Source: Candidatus Latescibacterota bacterium (GTDB taxonomy: Bacteria > Latescibacterota > UBA2968 > UBA8231). Taken from it: a stretch of DNA of 17,932 nucleotides. Position 1 is the first letter of the stretch, and each line of letters opens with the position of its first letter. The notes under the pieces were generated by a model that was not told where the DNA came from, searched no databases, and saw only the letters and a program-made list of their open reading frames with translations. The position numbers were made by a program, and so were the translations under genes. Of this stretch, positions 1 to 9,287 are shown one piece after another. Location: contig CBDBIJ010000087.1 in the NCBI GenBank assembly GCA_965205655.1, positions 1 through 17,932 on the forward strand, read 5' to 3'.

Positions 1-78
1 GGGGTTCGTTTCACCCGCAAACGCTTCAATGAAGGTGTTGCGTTGACGAAGGTGTTGCGTTGACTGGGTTGAACTCGC
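1..78 (+). mobile_element. Probable right end of an IS30-family element (degenerate transposase C-terminus plus terminal IR), cut by the window edge
   Basis: Allowing one indel, it reads GFVSPA-x-RFNEGVALT, resembling IS30 transposase C-termini (..GFxTPAERFxxxVALTG*). It ends in GGTGTTGCGTTGACTGGGTTGAACTCGC, an IS30-like end as I recall it. It abuts an HD gene that lacks its 5' end. Confidence 0.55.
31..64. repeat. Perfect 17-bp tandem duplication (GAAGGTGTTGCGTTGAC x2)
   Basis: 31-47 and 48-64 are identical. Confidence 0.95.
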
Positions 79-497
79 GGTCTCGACGTTTTGAAAGTGT
101 TGAAGATGCTGCTCATACACGATCTGGTAGAGATCGATGCCGGTGACACGTTCGCCTACGACGAGGCGGGACAGTCAGACAGACAGGAACGAGAGCGCCA
201 GGCGGCGGAGCGAACTTTTAACCTGCTTCCGTCGATCAAGCAGGGGAATTTCGGGCCCTGTGGGAGGAGTTTGAACACAGGAAGACGCCAGAGTCGCGCT
301 ACGCCAACGCCCTCGACAGACTTCAGCCGCTGCTGCTGAACTACCACTCAGGCGGCGCGACCTGGAGGCGAAACGGCGTGCGGGAGAAGCGGGTGATCGC
401 CCGCAACCGGCACATCGCCCAGGGCGCGCCGGCACTGTGGGACTACGCGAAAGAGATGATCGGGCGCGCTGTGGAAGAGGGGAAGCTGGAGCGGTGA
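79..497 (+). pseudogene. HD-domain phosphohydrolase (HD_3/YfbR-like), 5'-truncated and frameshifted
   Basis: Frame 1 gives [27 protein letters not shown]...[15 protein letters not shown]. After a frameshift near 230 it continues [44 protein letters not shown]...LWDYAKEMIGRAVEEGKLER* (TGA 495-497). The N-terminal HD-family segment is missing. Confidence 0.85.
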
Positions 498-513
498 CGA
501 CTTTTTTCTGCCT

Positions 514-1884
514 CTACGTCAACGCGAATCGTTCCAGATTGAGACGCTCGGCCCGGCTGCGGTCGAGCCGGACGCGCAGCCTCACATCTTTGTTGTCGTA
601 GGACGTCTCCAGAATCTCTCCCTGCTCGTGGAGCTGCGAGAGCAGGCGGCCCTGACTCTGGGGAATCTGAAGCTCGAGAGTGACATCACCCTCGTGACAG
701 TAGTAGAGAATCTTCTCTTTCAGCGTTTCCAGCCCGACACCGGTGAGGGCTGACACCGCCACCTTCCCCGCCTGATCGGCGAAGGCCTTCACCTGGAGCT
801 CTTCGTCGCCGCTCGCGACCTGATCGATCTTGTTGTAGACAAGAATCATCGGCTTGTCTTGCACATCCAGCTCAGACAGAACTTCCGTCACGGTGTCGAT
901 CTGCAATTCGAAGTGCGGATGACTCATGTCGACAACATGAAGGAGCAGATCGGCCTCTGCCGTCTCCTGCAAGGTGGCGCGAAAGGAGGCGAAAAGGTGA
1001 TGGGGCAATCTCTTTATGAATCCCACAGTGTCGGAGAGAAGAACTTTTCTATGGGGCGTCAGCTCCACGGCTCGCGTGGTGGAGTCGAGGGTGGCGAAAA
1101 GACGATCCTGGACGAGAACGTCGGCGCCGGACATGGCGCGCATGAGCGTCGATTTGCCGGCGTTCGTATAGCCGACGAGGGCGACGCGAAACTGATCGGC
1201 CCTGCCCTTGCGGCTCGTCCTCATCTGAGAATCGATGCGCCGAAGCTCGCGCTTGAGGGCTCCGATGCGACCGCGGATGAGCCGCCGGTCAGTCTCCAGC
1301 TGAGTTTCGCCGGGACCGCGTACGCCGGCGGCCCCCATGCCGCGAATGGCGCCGCCTCCAGCCTGGCGCGAAAGGTGCGTCCACTGTCGTGTGAGGCGGG
1401 GAAGAAGGTAGTTGAGCTGCGCCATCTCGACCTGCACCTGCGCCGTCTTGGTCCTGGCGTGGAGAGCGAAGATGTCGAGGATCAAACCGCTGCGGTCGAG
1501 AATGCGCACGTCTGTCGCCTCTTCCAGATTGCGCATCTGGGCCGGCGACAGGTCGTTGTCGAAGATGATGAGGTCGACGCCGTGCTTCTGCGCCAGCTCC
1601 TTGAGCTCGGAGGCCTTGCCCTTGCCGATATACAACCTGGGATCGATCCGTTTGCGCGCCTGGACAACCGTCTCGGCGACATCGAGTGTCGCCGTATCCG
1701 CGAGGCGCGCCAACTCGTCGAGCGAATCACGTGCCTCCCAGGCCGGGATGCCCGGAAGAGAGACGCCCACGACCAGGGCTGATTCGGTGTGTGTCGTCTC
1801 GGAGTTGTCTCCCAATGACGAATTCCCTTCAACGCACGGTGCCCGACCGTCGCAAAGCGTTACATTCCGTGCGTTTCGTCGCAA
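514..1884 (-). CDS. hflX: Ribosome-splitting GTPase HflX (true start probably downstream of 1884)
   Basis: YIGKGK, DLSPAQMRNLE, ILDIFALHART, QVEMAQLNYLLPRL, GPGETQLETDRR, G1 GYTNAGKST, LFATLD, G3 DTVGFI, G4 NKID. Confidence 0.97.
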   Translation of the reverse strand: MRRNARNVTLCDGRAPCVEGNSSLGDNSETTHTESALVVGVSLPGIPAWEARDSLDELARLADTATLDVAETVVQARKRIDPRLYIGKGKASELKELAQKHGVDLIIFDNDLSPAQMRNLEEATDVRILDRSGLILDIFALHARTKTAQVQVEMAQLNYLLPRLTRQWTHLSRQAGGGAIRGMGAAGVRGPGETQLETDRRLIRGRIGALKRELRRIDSQMRTSRKGRADQFRVALVGYTNAGKSTLMRAMSGADVLVQDRLFATLDSTTRAVELTPHRKVLLSDTVGFIKRLPHHLFASFRATLQETAEADLLLHVVDMSHPHFELQIDTVTEVLSELDVQDKPMILVYNKIDQVASGDEELQVKAFADQAGKVAVSALTGVGLETLKEKILYYCHEGDVTLELQIPQSQGRLLSQLHEQGEILETSYDNKDVRLRVRLDRSRAERLNLERFALT

Positions 1885-1897
1885 TATTCAAGCCAAT

Positions 1898-1928
1898 TTG
1901 ACTATTGTCAAGAGGACAACTACTGTCC
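1898..1928. promoter_or_regulatory. Divergent hflX/glnD promoter region with palindromes TTGAC-N4-GTCAA (1898-1911) and GGACA-N5-TGTCC (1914-1928)
   Basis: Both inverted repeats are seen directly. The plus strand has TTGACT-17bp-TACTGT (sigma70-like, towards glnD). The minus strand has TTGACA towards hflX. Confidence 0.45.
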
Positions 1929-1970
1929 AACTTTTTTCTACTCTCATAGAGCCCAGGCAAGTACCGAGCC

Positions 1971-4709
1971 ATGACATCTGCTGCCGACGCCCTCGCCGCC
2001 GCCCTCACTCAAAGAAAAGGCGCCTCAATCACGAAAGCACGGCAGGCGTTCTGGAGTGCTCGCCTCGCCGTCCTCGAGGCTGAGCACCGCGGCAAAGCCA
2101 GCGGCATCGCCATTGCCCGAGCCATAGCCGACACTGCTGACGCGATCGTCCTCGACTCGTATCGAGAGGCACTAACAGCACATAGCGGGGGCTCGCACGT
2201 GCTCGTCGCCCTCGGTGGATACGGCCGCCGGGAGATGTCGCCTCACTCCGACGTCGATTTGTTGTTCCTGTTCGACAGGGAAAAGGACAAGATCCCATCG
2301 TTCATCGCCGGAGTGCTCCACCCGCTGTGGGACCTGGGATTCGACCTCGGCCACAGCAGTCGAACGATTTCAGAATCGGTCAAGATGGCGCGCCAGGATC
2401 TGGAGTCCTGCACAGCGATGATGGACTGCCGGTTCCTCGCCGGCGATGAAGCGCTGTTCCAGAAATTCCACAAACGTCTGTCGCGAAGCGTCCCCAAAGG
2501 CACCGTTAAAAAACTGCAAACGCTGCGCCAGGACCGAACCGGCGGCAGTGGGTCGGTTCATCTGCTCGAACCCAACGTCAAGGACAGTCCGGGTGCGCTC
2601 AGGGAGATTCATCTCTTGGAATGGGCCCTAAAGGCGCGAGCGGGGCGTGATGATTTCGACTTCGCAATGGGCGAGTATCTGGAGCGGGGAGAAGTGCTGG
2701 CGCTGGAGCGGGGGCGCGACTTTCTCTGGCGGGTGAGGCACGAGCTCCACTTCACCGCCGGCCGAAAGCACGACCGGCTCGAGCACGAGGCGCAACCGAC
2801 GATCGCCGGCAATCTCGGATACGCAGATCGGCCCGTGTCGGCTGATTCGGCAGACACCGACGATTCGAATGATGACCGGCAGGGCCCACTGGCGTCACAA
2901 CAGAATCGTGTCGGCCTTGCGGATCGCGTTGGAGCTGACCGCGGGCTGGAGCTGGCCGTCGAGCAGTTCATGCAGCAGTACTACCTCCACGCACGTGCGA
3001 TCTACCACTCCGTCGAGCTGGGTTTCAAGTATCTGACGCTGTCGTCGCGTCGAAGGGGGCGCCGAATACTGATCGAGGAAGGCGTCGTCGCCGTCGACGG
3101 GGAGATTCTTCTGCCACACGGTGAGCCCTACTTCGAGGAGGATCGCCTGCGACTGCTGCGGATTTTCTCCCTCGCCCGGGCGAAGAGACTGCAGCTCAGC
3201 GAGCAGGCCCAGCGTAGCGTGAGGCAATCGCTCGATCTGATCGACGACGGCATGCGGCGCAATCCAGAGGCGCGGGATATTTTCATGAGCATACTGCGCC
3301 GCCGCAGGCGGGTGGCAGATACGCTCAGAGCGATGCACGAACTTGGCGTGCTCGGCGCTTATATCCCGGAGTTCGGCGCCCTCACATGTCTGGTCCAGTT
3401 CGATGTGTACCACCAGTACACCGTCGACGAGCATACCCTCGTGGCGTTAGAGAACCTGACCTCGCTGCGCGAAGCGTCGACCGGCGGAGCGCTGGCAACG
3501 GCCTACGATGAGCTCGAGCGGCAGGACCTGCTGATTCTGGGTATCCTGCTCCACGATATCGGCAAGTCGAAACGCGAAGAGCATATCAGTCTTGGTGTAG
3601 AGCTGGCGCAGCAGACCCTGTCGCGCCTCGACCTGCCAGACGACGACGCCCGCTTCGTCCTCTTTCTGGTCAAGAATCACCAGGAGATGGTGATCCGGTC
3701 GCAAAATCGCGACCTGGACGACTATGGGATGATCGCCAATTTCGCATCGCTATTTGCGACTGCGGACTGGCTGCGGGCGCTCTACCTCATGTCCTATGCC
3801 GACTTGCGGGCGGTTGCGGAGGGCGCCTGGACCGATTGGCACGGTGCTCTGCTGCTGGAGTTATACCACAAGACGAACGAACAGCTCCAGTCCGGTCTCA
3901 AAACGCTGGAGGAGAGGCAGACGGCCAGGCAGCTACTCGAGAAGCATCTGCGGGAGATGAATGGATCGCCGCCGTTACAGGTGGCGGCCTTCGAAGAGCA
4001 CGTGGAGCAGCTCTCGGCCAGATATCTGGTGGCACACGAGCGCGCCGAGATCGGACGCCACATGAGTCTCATCGAGCGCGCCGCATATACGGCCGTGGCG
4101 GTTGACTTCGTCGAGCACGACGACCACACCCGGCTGATCGTGTGCACGCGCGACCAGGAGCAGTTGCTCGCCAAGATTTGCGGGGTCCTCGCCGTCAACG
4201 ATGTCGACATCCTCCGGGCCGATGTGAACACGCGATCGGACGATGTCGTGCTCGATATATTCCAGGTGGCGAATGTGGACGGCAGTCCCTGCCTGCCGGA
4301 CAGCAAGAGGAAGCGGATCGCGGACATGCTGGACCAGGTCATAACCGGAGAGCGGCGCGTCGAGCAGCTCTTCGAGAGCTACAGCATCCACTGGAGTCGC
4401 CGTCGCCGGCACATGCCGGTCAGGGCGCCGCGCATCGCTTTCGAAAATCAAGTATCGGATCGCTACACCGTCATCGACACGAAGGTGAATGACGACGCGG
4501 GGTTGCTCTTCAAGATCACGAGCGTTCTCGGAGGAATGGGTCTGGACATCCACATGGCGATCATCAACACGGTGGCCAACCTCGCAACCGATTCCTTCTA
4601 CGTCTCGGATCACAAAGGTCAGAAGATCGTCAACTACGAGTTGCTCGAGGGAATCCGGGACCGCCTCCTCGACGAGCTCTCCGCCGAGACACCTGGCGGG
4701 GCAGCGTAA
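1971..4709 (+). CDS. glnD: Bifunctional [protein-PII] uridylyltransferase / uridylyl-removing enzyme GlnD
   Basis: 912 aa. NTase motif ALGGYGRREMSPHSDVDLLF, LWDLGFDLGHS, LLEPNVK, QFDVYHQYTVDEHTL, HD motif LLHDIGK, and two C-terminal ACT domains (TRDQEQLLAKICGVL; DDAGLLFKITSVL..DSFYV). Confidence 0.96.
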   Translation: MTSAADALAAALTQRKGASITKARQAFWSARLAVLEAEHRGKASGIAIARAIADTADAIVLDSYREALTAHSGGSHVLVALGGYGRREMSPHSDVDLLFLFDREKDKIPSFIAGVLHPLWDLGFDLGHSSRTISESVKMARQDLESCTAMMDCRFLAGDEALFQKFHKRLSRSVPKGTVKKLQTLRQDRTGGSGSVHLLEPNVKDSPGALREIHLLEWALKARAGRDDFDFAMGEYLERGEVLALERGRDFLWRVRHELHFTAGRKHDRLEHEAQPTIAGNLGYADRPVSADSADTDDSNDDRQGPLASQQNRVGLADRVGADRGLELAVEQFMQQYYLHARAIYHSVELGFKYLTLSSRRRGRRILIEEGVVAVDGEILLPHGEPYFEEDRLRLLRIFSLARAKRLQLSEQAQRSVRQSLDLIDDGMRRNPEARDIFMSILRRRRRVADTLRAMHELGVLGAYIPEFGALTCLVQFDVYHQYTVDEHTLVALENLTSLREASTGGALATAYDELERQDLLILGILLHDIGKSKREEHISLGVELAQQTLSRLDLPDDDARFVLFLVKNHQEMVIRSQNRDLDDYGMIANFASLFATADWLRALYLMSYADLRAVAEGAWTDWHGALLLELYHKTNEQLQSGLKTLEERQTARQLLEKHLREMNGSPPLQVAAFEEHVEQLSARYLVAHERAEIGRHMSLIERAAYTAVAVDFVEHDDHTRLIVCTRDQEQLLAKICGVLAVNDVDILRADVNTRSDDVVLDIFQVANVDGSPCLPDSKRKRIADMLDQVITGERRVEQLFESYSIHWSRRRRHMPVRAPRIAFENQVSDRYTVIDTKVNDDAGLLFKITSVLGGMGLDIHMAIINTVANLATDSFYVSDHKGQKIVNYELLEGIRDRLLDELSAETPGGAA

Positions 4710-4898
4710 CCTCCCCGAGCGTCGTCAGACTGCCATAATGGCAGTTGTCCGCCTGTCCTTGCAGATTCTCGCTGTCTGGAAATAGGTTACAACTGGTTTA
4801 TCATCAATTAATTAGGAGATAGTATCTCACGAGGTACGGCATTTGCGATAGTCAGGCTCGCAGAATCGACCCAATGCCGAAACCGGAGATCCGATTTC

Positions 4899-5804
4899 AT
4901 GTACAAAGTAAAATCAGTCGCCCTGCTGGCCGGCCTGGCGCTGCTGTTCGCGTTTCTGAACCTGGCTCTCTTCGGCTGGATCAGCGCCGCTCTCGTTCTC
5001 GGGTTCGCCGTATTGCTGAATCTGGCCACTGTCGACAGGGCCCGGGACCTGATTCTGTGGATCCACCGGGCCCGCCCCATCGGGCGCCGGGAGGCGCCGC
5101 AGCTGCACGGAATCGCCGAGGAGCTGGCGCGACGGGCGCAAGTCGAGGTTCCACGGCTCATGACGTATCGGTCGCAGATGGCCAACGCCTTCGCAATCGG
5201 CGCGCGTAAGGGGAGAGCCGTGGTAGCAGTCAGCTCGGCGCTGTTGAACATTCTGGACCGGCGCGAGATGCGCGGAGTGCTGGCTCACGAATTCGCCCAT
5301 CTGAAGAATCGGGACAGCAGCCTGAGCCTCACCTCCGGGATCTTCGTCCAGGTGATTACGGTGCTGAGTCGGGGATTCTCTCTGCTCTTGCTGCTGACGT
5401 TGATTGCAGGCGGAGCGGCTCTGGAGGGCACGGCCCTCGTGCAATTGTTGCCATTGCTGGCGCTTGTCGCCGGAGCACCCACCGGGGCGGCAATGCTGCA
5501 GGCGGGCCTGATGAGGACGAGGGAGCGACTCGCTGACCGGGACGCAGCTCGAATGACGGGCGATCCACGCGGCCTCGCATCAGCCCTCTTTAAACTGCAG
5601 GAATACAGTCGTTACTTGACGGGATGGCTGCGGCGATTCCGCTTCATATACACGTCAGAGGCGGAGAGGGGTCCCAGGCTGATGCGCAGTCACCCGCCGA
5701 CCGAAGAGAGGGTCCGCAGGCTCCTGGAGATAGAAGAGGCGCGTCCGGCGAAGATTCCAGTAGTGCACCTGCCGTCTGGATTCGCGGGGTATCGAGCGGC
5801 GTAA
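4899..5804 (+). CDS. htpX: HtpX-like membrane zinc metalloprotease (peptidase M48)
   Basis: N-terminal TM helices, ANAFAIG, GVLAHEFAHLKNRD (HExxH), RERLADRDAA, LASALFKL, SHPPTEERV. Confidence 0.9.
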   Translation: MYKVKSVALLAGLALLFAFLNLALFGWISAALVLGFAVLLNLATVDRARDLILWIHRARPIGRREAPQLHGIAEELARRAQVEVPRLMTYRSQMANAFAIGARKGRAVVAVSSALLNILDRREMRGVLAHEFAHLKNRDSSLSLTSGIFVQVITVLSRGFSLLLLLTLIAGGAALEGTALVQLLPLLALVAGAPTGAAMLQAGLMRTRERLADRDAARMTGDPRGLASALFKLQEYSRYLTGWLRRFRFIYTSEAERGPRLMRSHPPTEERVRRLLEIEEARPAKIPVVHLPSGFAGYRAA

Positions 5805-6446
5805 ACGCGATCGGGGCTCCTACCTCAGAAGCAGGAGCTTGCGAGACAGACTGCCGGTTCGACCTTCGAGCCGGGCGACGTAGACCCCGCTGCCCATCTC
5901 CCTGCCGACGTCGTCGAGGCTGTCCCAGCCGACTTCGCCATATCCGGCGCTTCCCGGCCGCAGCAATGAGGTTCGCACCGGCTGACCGAGCAGGTTGTAG
6001 ATGGACAGTGATGCGTCTTCGAGCCCGGTGGGCACGTGAAAAGAGATGATGGTGGCGGCGTTGAAGGGGTTGGGCCGGTTCGGCCACAAAACGAAATCCC
6101 CCGGCAGCGTCCCGACCTCCCAGCCCTCCTCAACAGCCGTCATGCGCTGCAGCACGACCGGCGGCCCCGACTCATCAAGACGTTCAATGACGGCGGCGGC
6201 GGGCAGGATGCGGTCGTCCGGGGGCGGCAGTTCGGCGAAGGGGCGGGAGCGAATCTCGCGGCCATCGGCGAGAGTGACGACGAGGATGAGCTTTTCATAA
6301 TCGGGGTTCTCGGGGTCGAAATCGATGCACTCGAAGTGCGCGTCCGCCCGGCGCAGATTGGACACCTCGGGGAGGTCCGGGTTGAATGAGAATGCCGGAT
6401 CGATCGTCATCTCCTCGGCGGACAGGGTCGTGTAAAGTCGCGTCAT

Positions 6447-6486
6447 GTAGGGATGTCGATCGAAGAGTAGGGATGTCGATCGAAGA
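6447..6486. repeat. Perfect 20-bp tandem duplication (GTAGGGATGTCGATCGAAGA x2) causing a frameshift
   Basis: 6447-6466 equals 6467-6486. Removing one copy gives LFDRHPY-MTRLYTTLS in a single frame. Confidence 0.95.
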
Positions 6487-7007
6487 GCTTCTGGGACTCG
6501 CGGAGGGGCGTAACGACAACGGCGTCCAGATCTCCGATGAGCCCATCGAGGTCGAAGACGAGGCCCTCGAGGTAGTCGTCGTAGGCGCGCATGTTGTTGT
6601 AAAAGGATTGCTCGGCAATGGCGAGCAGCCGGCCCTCCTCGGCGGCCTCATCGTAGTCCTCTCTGTCGCCGCGGAACACCACCTCCAGCACTCCCTCCTC
6701 GAGCACGGACCGCCGGGCATCGGTATGCGCCGCCGCAGCAGGGCCTGCATCTGCCCGTCTCTGGGGAATCCCTGAAACAGGAGCTCGTCGATGACATCGA
6801 CGGGATGCTCCTGCCGGCCGAGGGCATCGAGATCGAAGCGGTCTTCCCAGTAGAAGGCGCGCTTTCATGATGGAGCTGGCGCCGGCGTAATCGGTGACGA
6901 AGGCCTGGCCGCCGGCCTCGTCCGCAGCGCGAGTGACCACGTCGGGGTAGTTGAGGCCGAAATTGAACCAGTCGATGACGGCCTCGTTGATGTGGACGTG
7001 GAGATAG

Positions 7008-8383
7008 GAGCTATAATCAGAAGGTGTGGAAATAGACAGACGGCGATCCTACCCTTCCTTTGTAATTAGCCATCACAAACGCCGGGGCTATCCCGGCAGG
7101 AAGAGGAGAATCGCCATGGCACAACCTAAGCCGAGCACGACGGAAATGTCCATGCCCACGTTCGAAACGCTGGAAGAGTGGACACGCTCGCAGATTCAGT
7201 CGCTGATGCAGTCGGTTCTGGATGAAGAAGTCACCCATGCGCTGGGACGGTCACGGTACGAGCGACAGGCACCGTTGGACGCAGCCGGCGGCTACCGCAA
7301 TGGGTACGGGAAGCGGCGGCGACTGTCCTTGACCTCGGGCACGATCGAGGTGAAACGCCCTCGGGTGCGGGGTCTGGAAGAGCGATTTGAGAGTGCGGTA
7401 CTGCCGCTGTTCGCCCGGCGCACCCAAGAAATAGGTCAGCTGCTGCCAGAGCTTTACCTGCACGGTTTGTCTCAGGGCGACTTCGAGCTGGCGCTGCGCG
7501 GCCTGCTGGGCAAGGGAGCGCCTTTGTCGGCGTCCTCGATCGCTCGTTTGCGTGAGAAGTGGATCGTCGAATACAACGCCTGGCGCAGCCGACGACTGGA
7601 TGACCGCGAGCTCGTCTACGCCTGGGCGGACGGGATCTACGTCAAAGCCGGTCTCGAGAAGCAAAAAGCCGCTCTCCTGGTGGTCATCGGCGCGATGAGC
7701 GATGGGCGCAAAGAAGTCCTGACGATTGTCCCGGGCTATCGCGAATCGACAGAGTCGTGGGCGGGCGTACTGCGCGATCTGCGTGACCGCGGACTGAGCG
7801 TGGCGAAGTTGTTGGTGGCGGATGGGCACCTGGGTATCTGGGCGGCCCTGGCAGAGGTCTGGCCGGAGACGGCTGAACAGCGATGCTGGAATCACCGCAT
7901 CCTGAACGTGCTGGATAAGCTGCCAAAACGCGTGCAGGTCGAAGGGCGGCACCTGCTGACACAGATCCCGTACGCGCCGACCCGTCAGGAAGCGACGAAA
8001 CGTCGCGATCAATTCGCCAAACGGTTTCGCCGCGAGTGTCCAGACGCCGTCGATATCCTTGAGCGCGATTGGGACCGTATGGTGACATTCTACGACTTTC
8101 CCGAGGCCCACTGGCAACACCTGCGCACCACCAACGTCGTCGAAAGTCCCTTCGCTTCGGTACGGTTGCGAACCAATGCGGCCAAACGATACAGGAAGGT
8201 GGCCAATGCCACCGCCCTCATTTGGCGGGTACTGATGGTGGCCGAGAAACGATTCCGGCGACTCAATGCACCGCATCTCATGGCTGACGTCTACGCCGGG
8301 GAGTGCTACGAAAACGGATCACCCATCGCGCAAAGGAAGAAGATCGCCGCCTGAGTCGTTTACACACCATTTGACCCTAGCTC
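7008..8383 (+). mobile_element. Complete IS256-family insertion sequence (1376 bp)
   Basis: Imperfect terminal IRs GAGCTATAATCAGAAGGTGTGGAAA and (reverse complement) GAGCTAGGGTCAAATGGTGTGTAAA. The 9-bp direct repeat TGGAGATAG flanks it at 6999-7007 and 8384-8392. Confidence 0.95.
7116..8354 (+). CDS. IS256-family (mutator-like) DDE transposase
   Basis: RBS GAGGAG before ATG 7116. Motifs YRNGY, YAWADGIY, RESTESW, LVADG, QRCWNH, LRTTNVVESPF. Confidence 0.95.
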   Translation: MAQPKPSTTEMSMPTFETLEEWTRSQIQSLMQSVLDEEVTHALGRSRYERQAPLDAAGGYRNGYGKRRRLSLTSGTIEVKRPRVRGLEERFESAVLPLFARRTQEIGQLLPELYLHGLSQGDFELALRGLLGKGAPLSASSIARLREKWIVEYNAWRSRRLDDRELVYAWADGIYVKAGLEKQKAALLVVIGAMSDGRKEVLTIVPGYRESTESWAGVLRDLRDRGLSVAKLLVADGHLGIWAALAEVWPETAEQRCWNHRILNVLDKLPKRVQVEGRHLLTQIPYAPTRQEATKRRDQFAKRFRRECPDAVDILERDWDRMVTFYDFPEAHWQHLRTTNVVESPFASVRLRTNAAKRYRKVANATALIWRVLMVAEKRFRRLNAPHLMADVYAGECYENGSPIAQRKKIAA

Positions 8384-9134
8384 TGGAGATAGTTCTTCGC
8401 CCTCTCTTCACCGAGAATCCAGACGAGGACACCCAGGTCCGGCTGGGTGGCCACCGCTGTCAGCTGGATCGGGATCATCGGCTCCACTGAGGGGTACTCG
8501 AGCGCGATGGGCTGGAGATCGCCCACGTCGCGGTCGGGAGCCAGCTTCAGGGCCAGAAAGAGAAAGTCGCTCTCCACGTACGGCATCAGCAGCTCGACGC
8601 CCAGGTCACCGAGCTCGTAGCCGTTTTCCTCCAGCCATTCGACGATGGCGCCGGCATCCTCGGAAGCGATGACGGCGGTCTGGTAGGGGCCGACCCGTCC
8701 TTGAGAAACGACATCCACATCGCGCCTGGTCGCGTCGTCGGCCGCCTCGGCGGTGGCGAATACGGGCGGGCCGAAGCCGCAATCGGGATCCTCACGCCAG
8801 TCGAGGACGAAGAAGGGCTGGGTGGCGAACTGGAGCTGACGAAAGAGCTCGTTGTGGCTGACCCCCAGCTTCGGCACGGCGGGGACCGGGAGGACCCAGG
8901 CGAAGTCGGCAGCCGTTCCGGTATACTGGATCTGGACGTGAGTGGTCACCGTCTCGCCGTTGGCGACGAAGAGGATTTGCTCGCTCACCTGGTTCATCGG
9001 AAAGGAGGAGCAGAAGAAACCGCCGCAGGCCCAGGAGGGGCTCGCCGCCGCGAGCGCGAGCGCCGAGGAGACGACGATGGCAGCGGCGCGAGGCGTGTCG
9101 TAGCGTGGGCTCATGAGTATCTCCATTGGATCAA

Positions 9135-9148
9135 TTGATCTATATCAA
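9135..9148. promoter_or_regulatory. Perfect FNR/CRP-family-type box TTGAT-CTAT-ATCAA
   Basis: Exact match to TTGAT-N4-ATCAA in the AT-rich intergenic region between two divergent genes. It overlaps a second palindrome, GATCAATTGATC (9129-9140). Confidence 0.55.
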
Positions 9149-9287
9149 CTGACTGGCTGCTATTTGATGCGTCAGCGCACGGACTATACGAATTAAACAC
9201 CTGAGCGGCGATTTGGTGTCACCGGGGAGAAATTTAACCGCGCCCATCCGATTGTCCGCAATTCATACCCGAGCTATTTTCGCTGCC

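Larger units (their letters stand above)
5820..9114 (-). pseudogene. Secreted DUF2330-like protein with C-terminal FlgD-Ig/T9SS-sorting-like domain, split by IS256 and carrying several frameshifts
   Basis: GGAG RBS and ATG at 9114, signal peptide ending SWA, then CGGFFCS..QILF..QIQYTG..FAWVLPVP..PMIPIQLTAVA. Removing the IS rejoins the frame: ..RAKNYLHVHINEAVIDW..NYPDVVTRAADEAGGQAFVTDYAG. Compensating frameshifts lie near 6860 and 6715, and a 20-bp duplication at 6447-6486. It then reads MTRLYTTLSAEEMTIDPAFSFNPDLPEVSN and a tail PNPFN..IYNLLGQPVR..SGVYVARL..RKLLLLR. Confidence 0.85.

Noticed and set aside
859..1782. Long antisense or overlapping ORFs (859-1782, 3975-4613, 7251-8276, 11078-11794, 13788-14567, 16866-17513)
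   Set aside because: These are shadows of real genes in GC-rich DNA and carry no recognisable motifs.
4780..4850. AT-rich stretch with inverted repeat GAGATA-G-TATCTC (4816-4828) upstream of htpX
   Set aside because: Probably promoter DNA, but I see no match to CIRCE, sigma54 or another operator I can name. The similarity to the IS256 target duplication is probably coincidental.
31..6486. 17-bp and 20-bp repeats as CRISPR remnants
   Set aside because: Each has only two adjacent copies with no spacer, the two are unrelated in sequence, and there are no cas genes.
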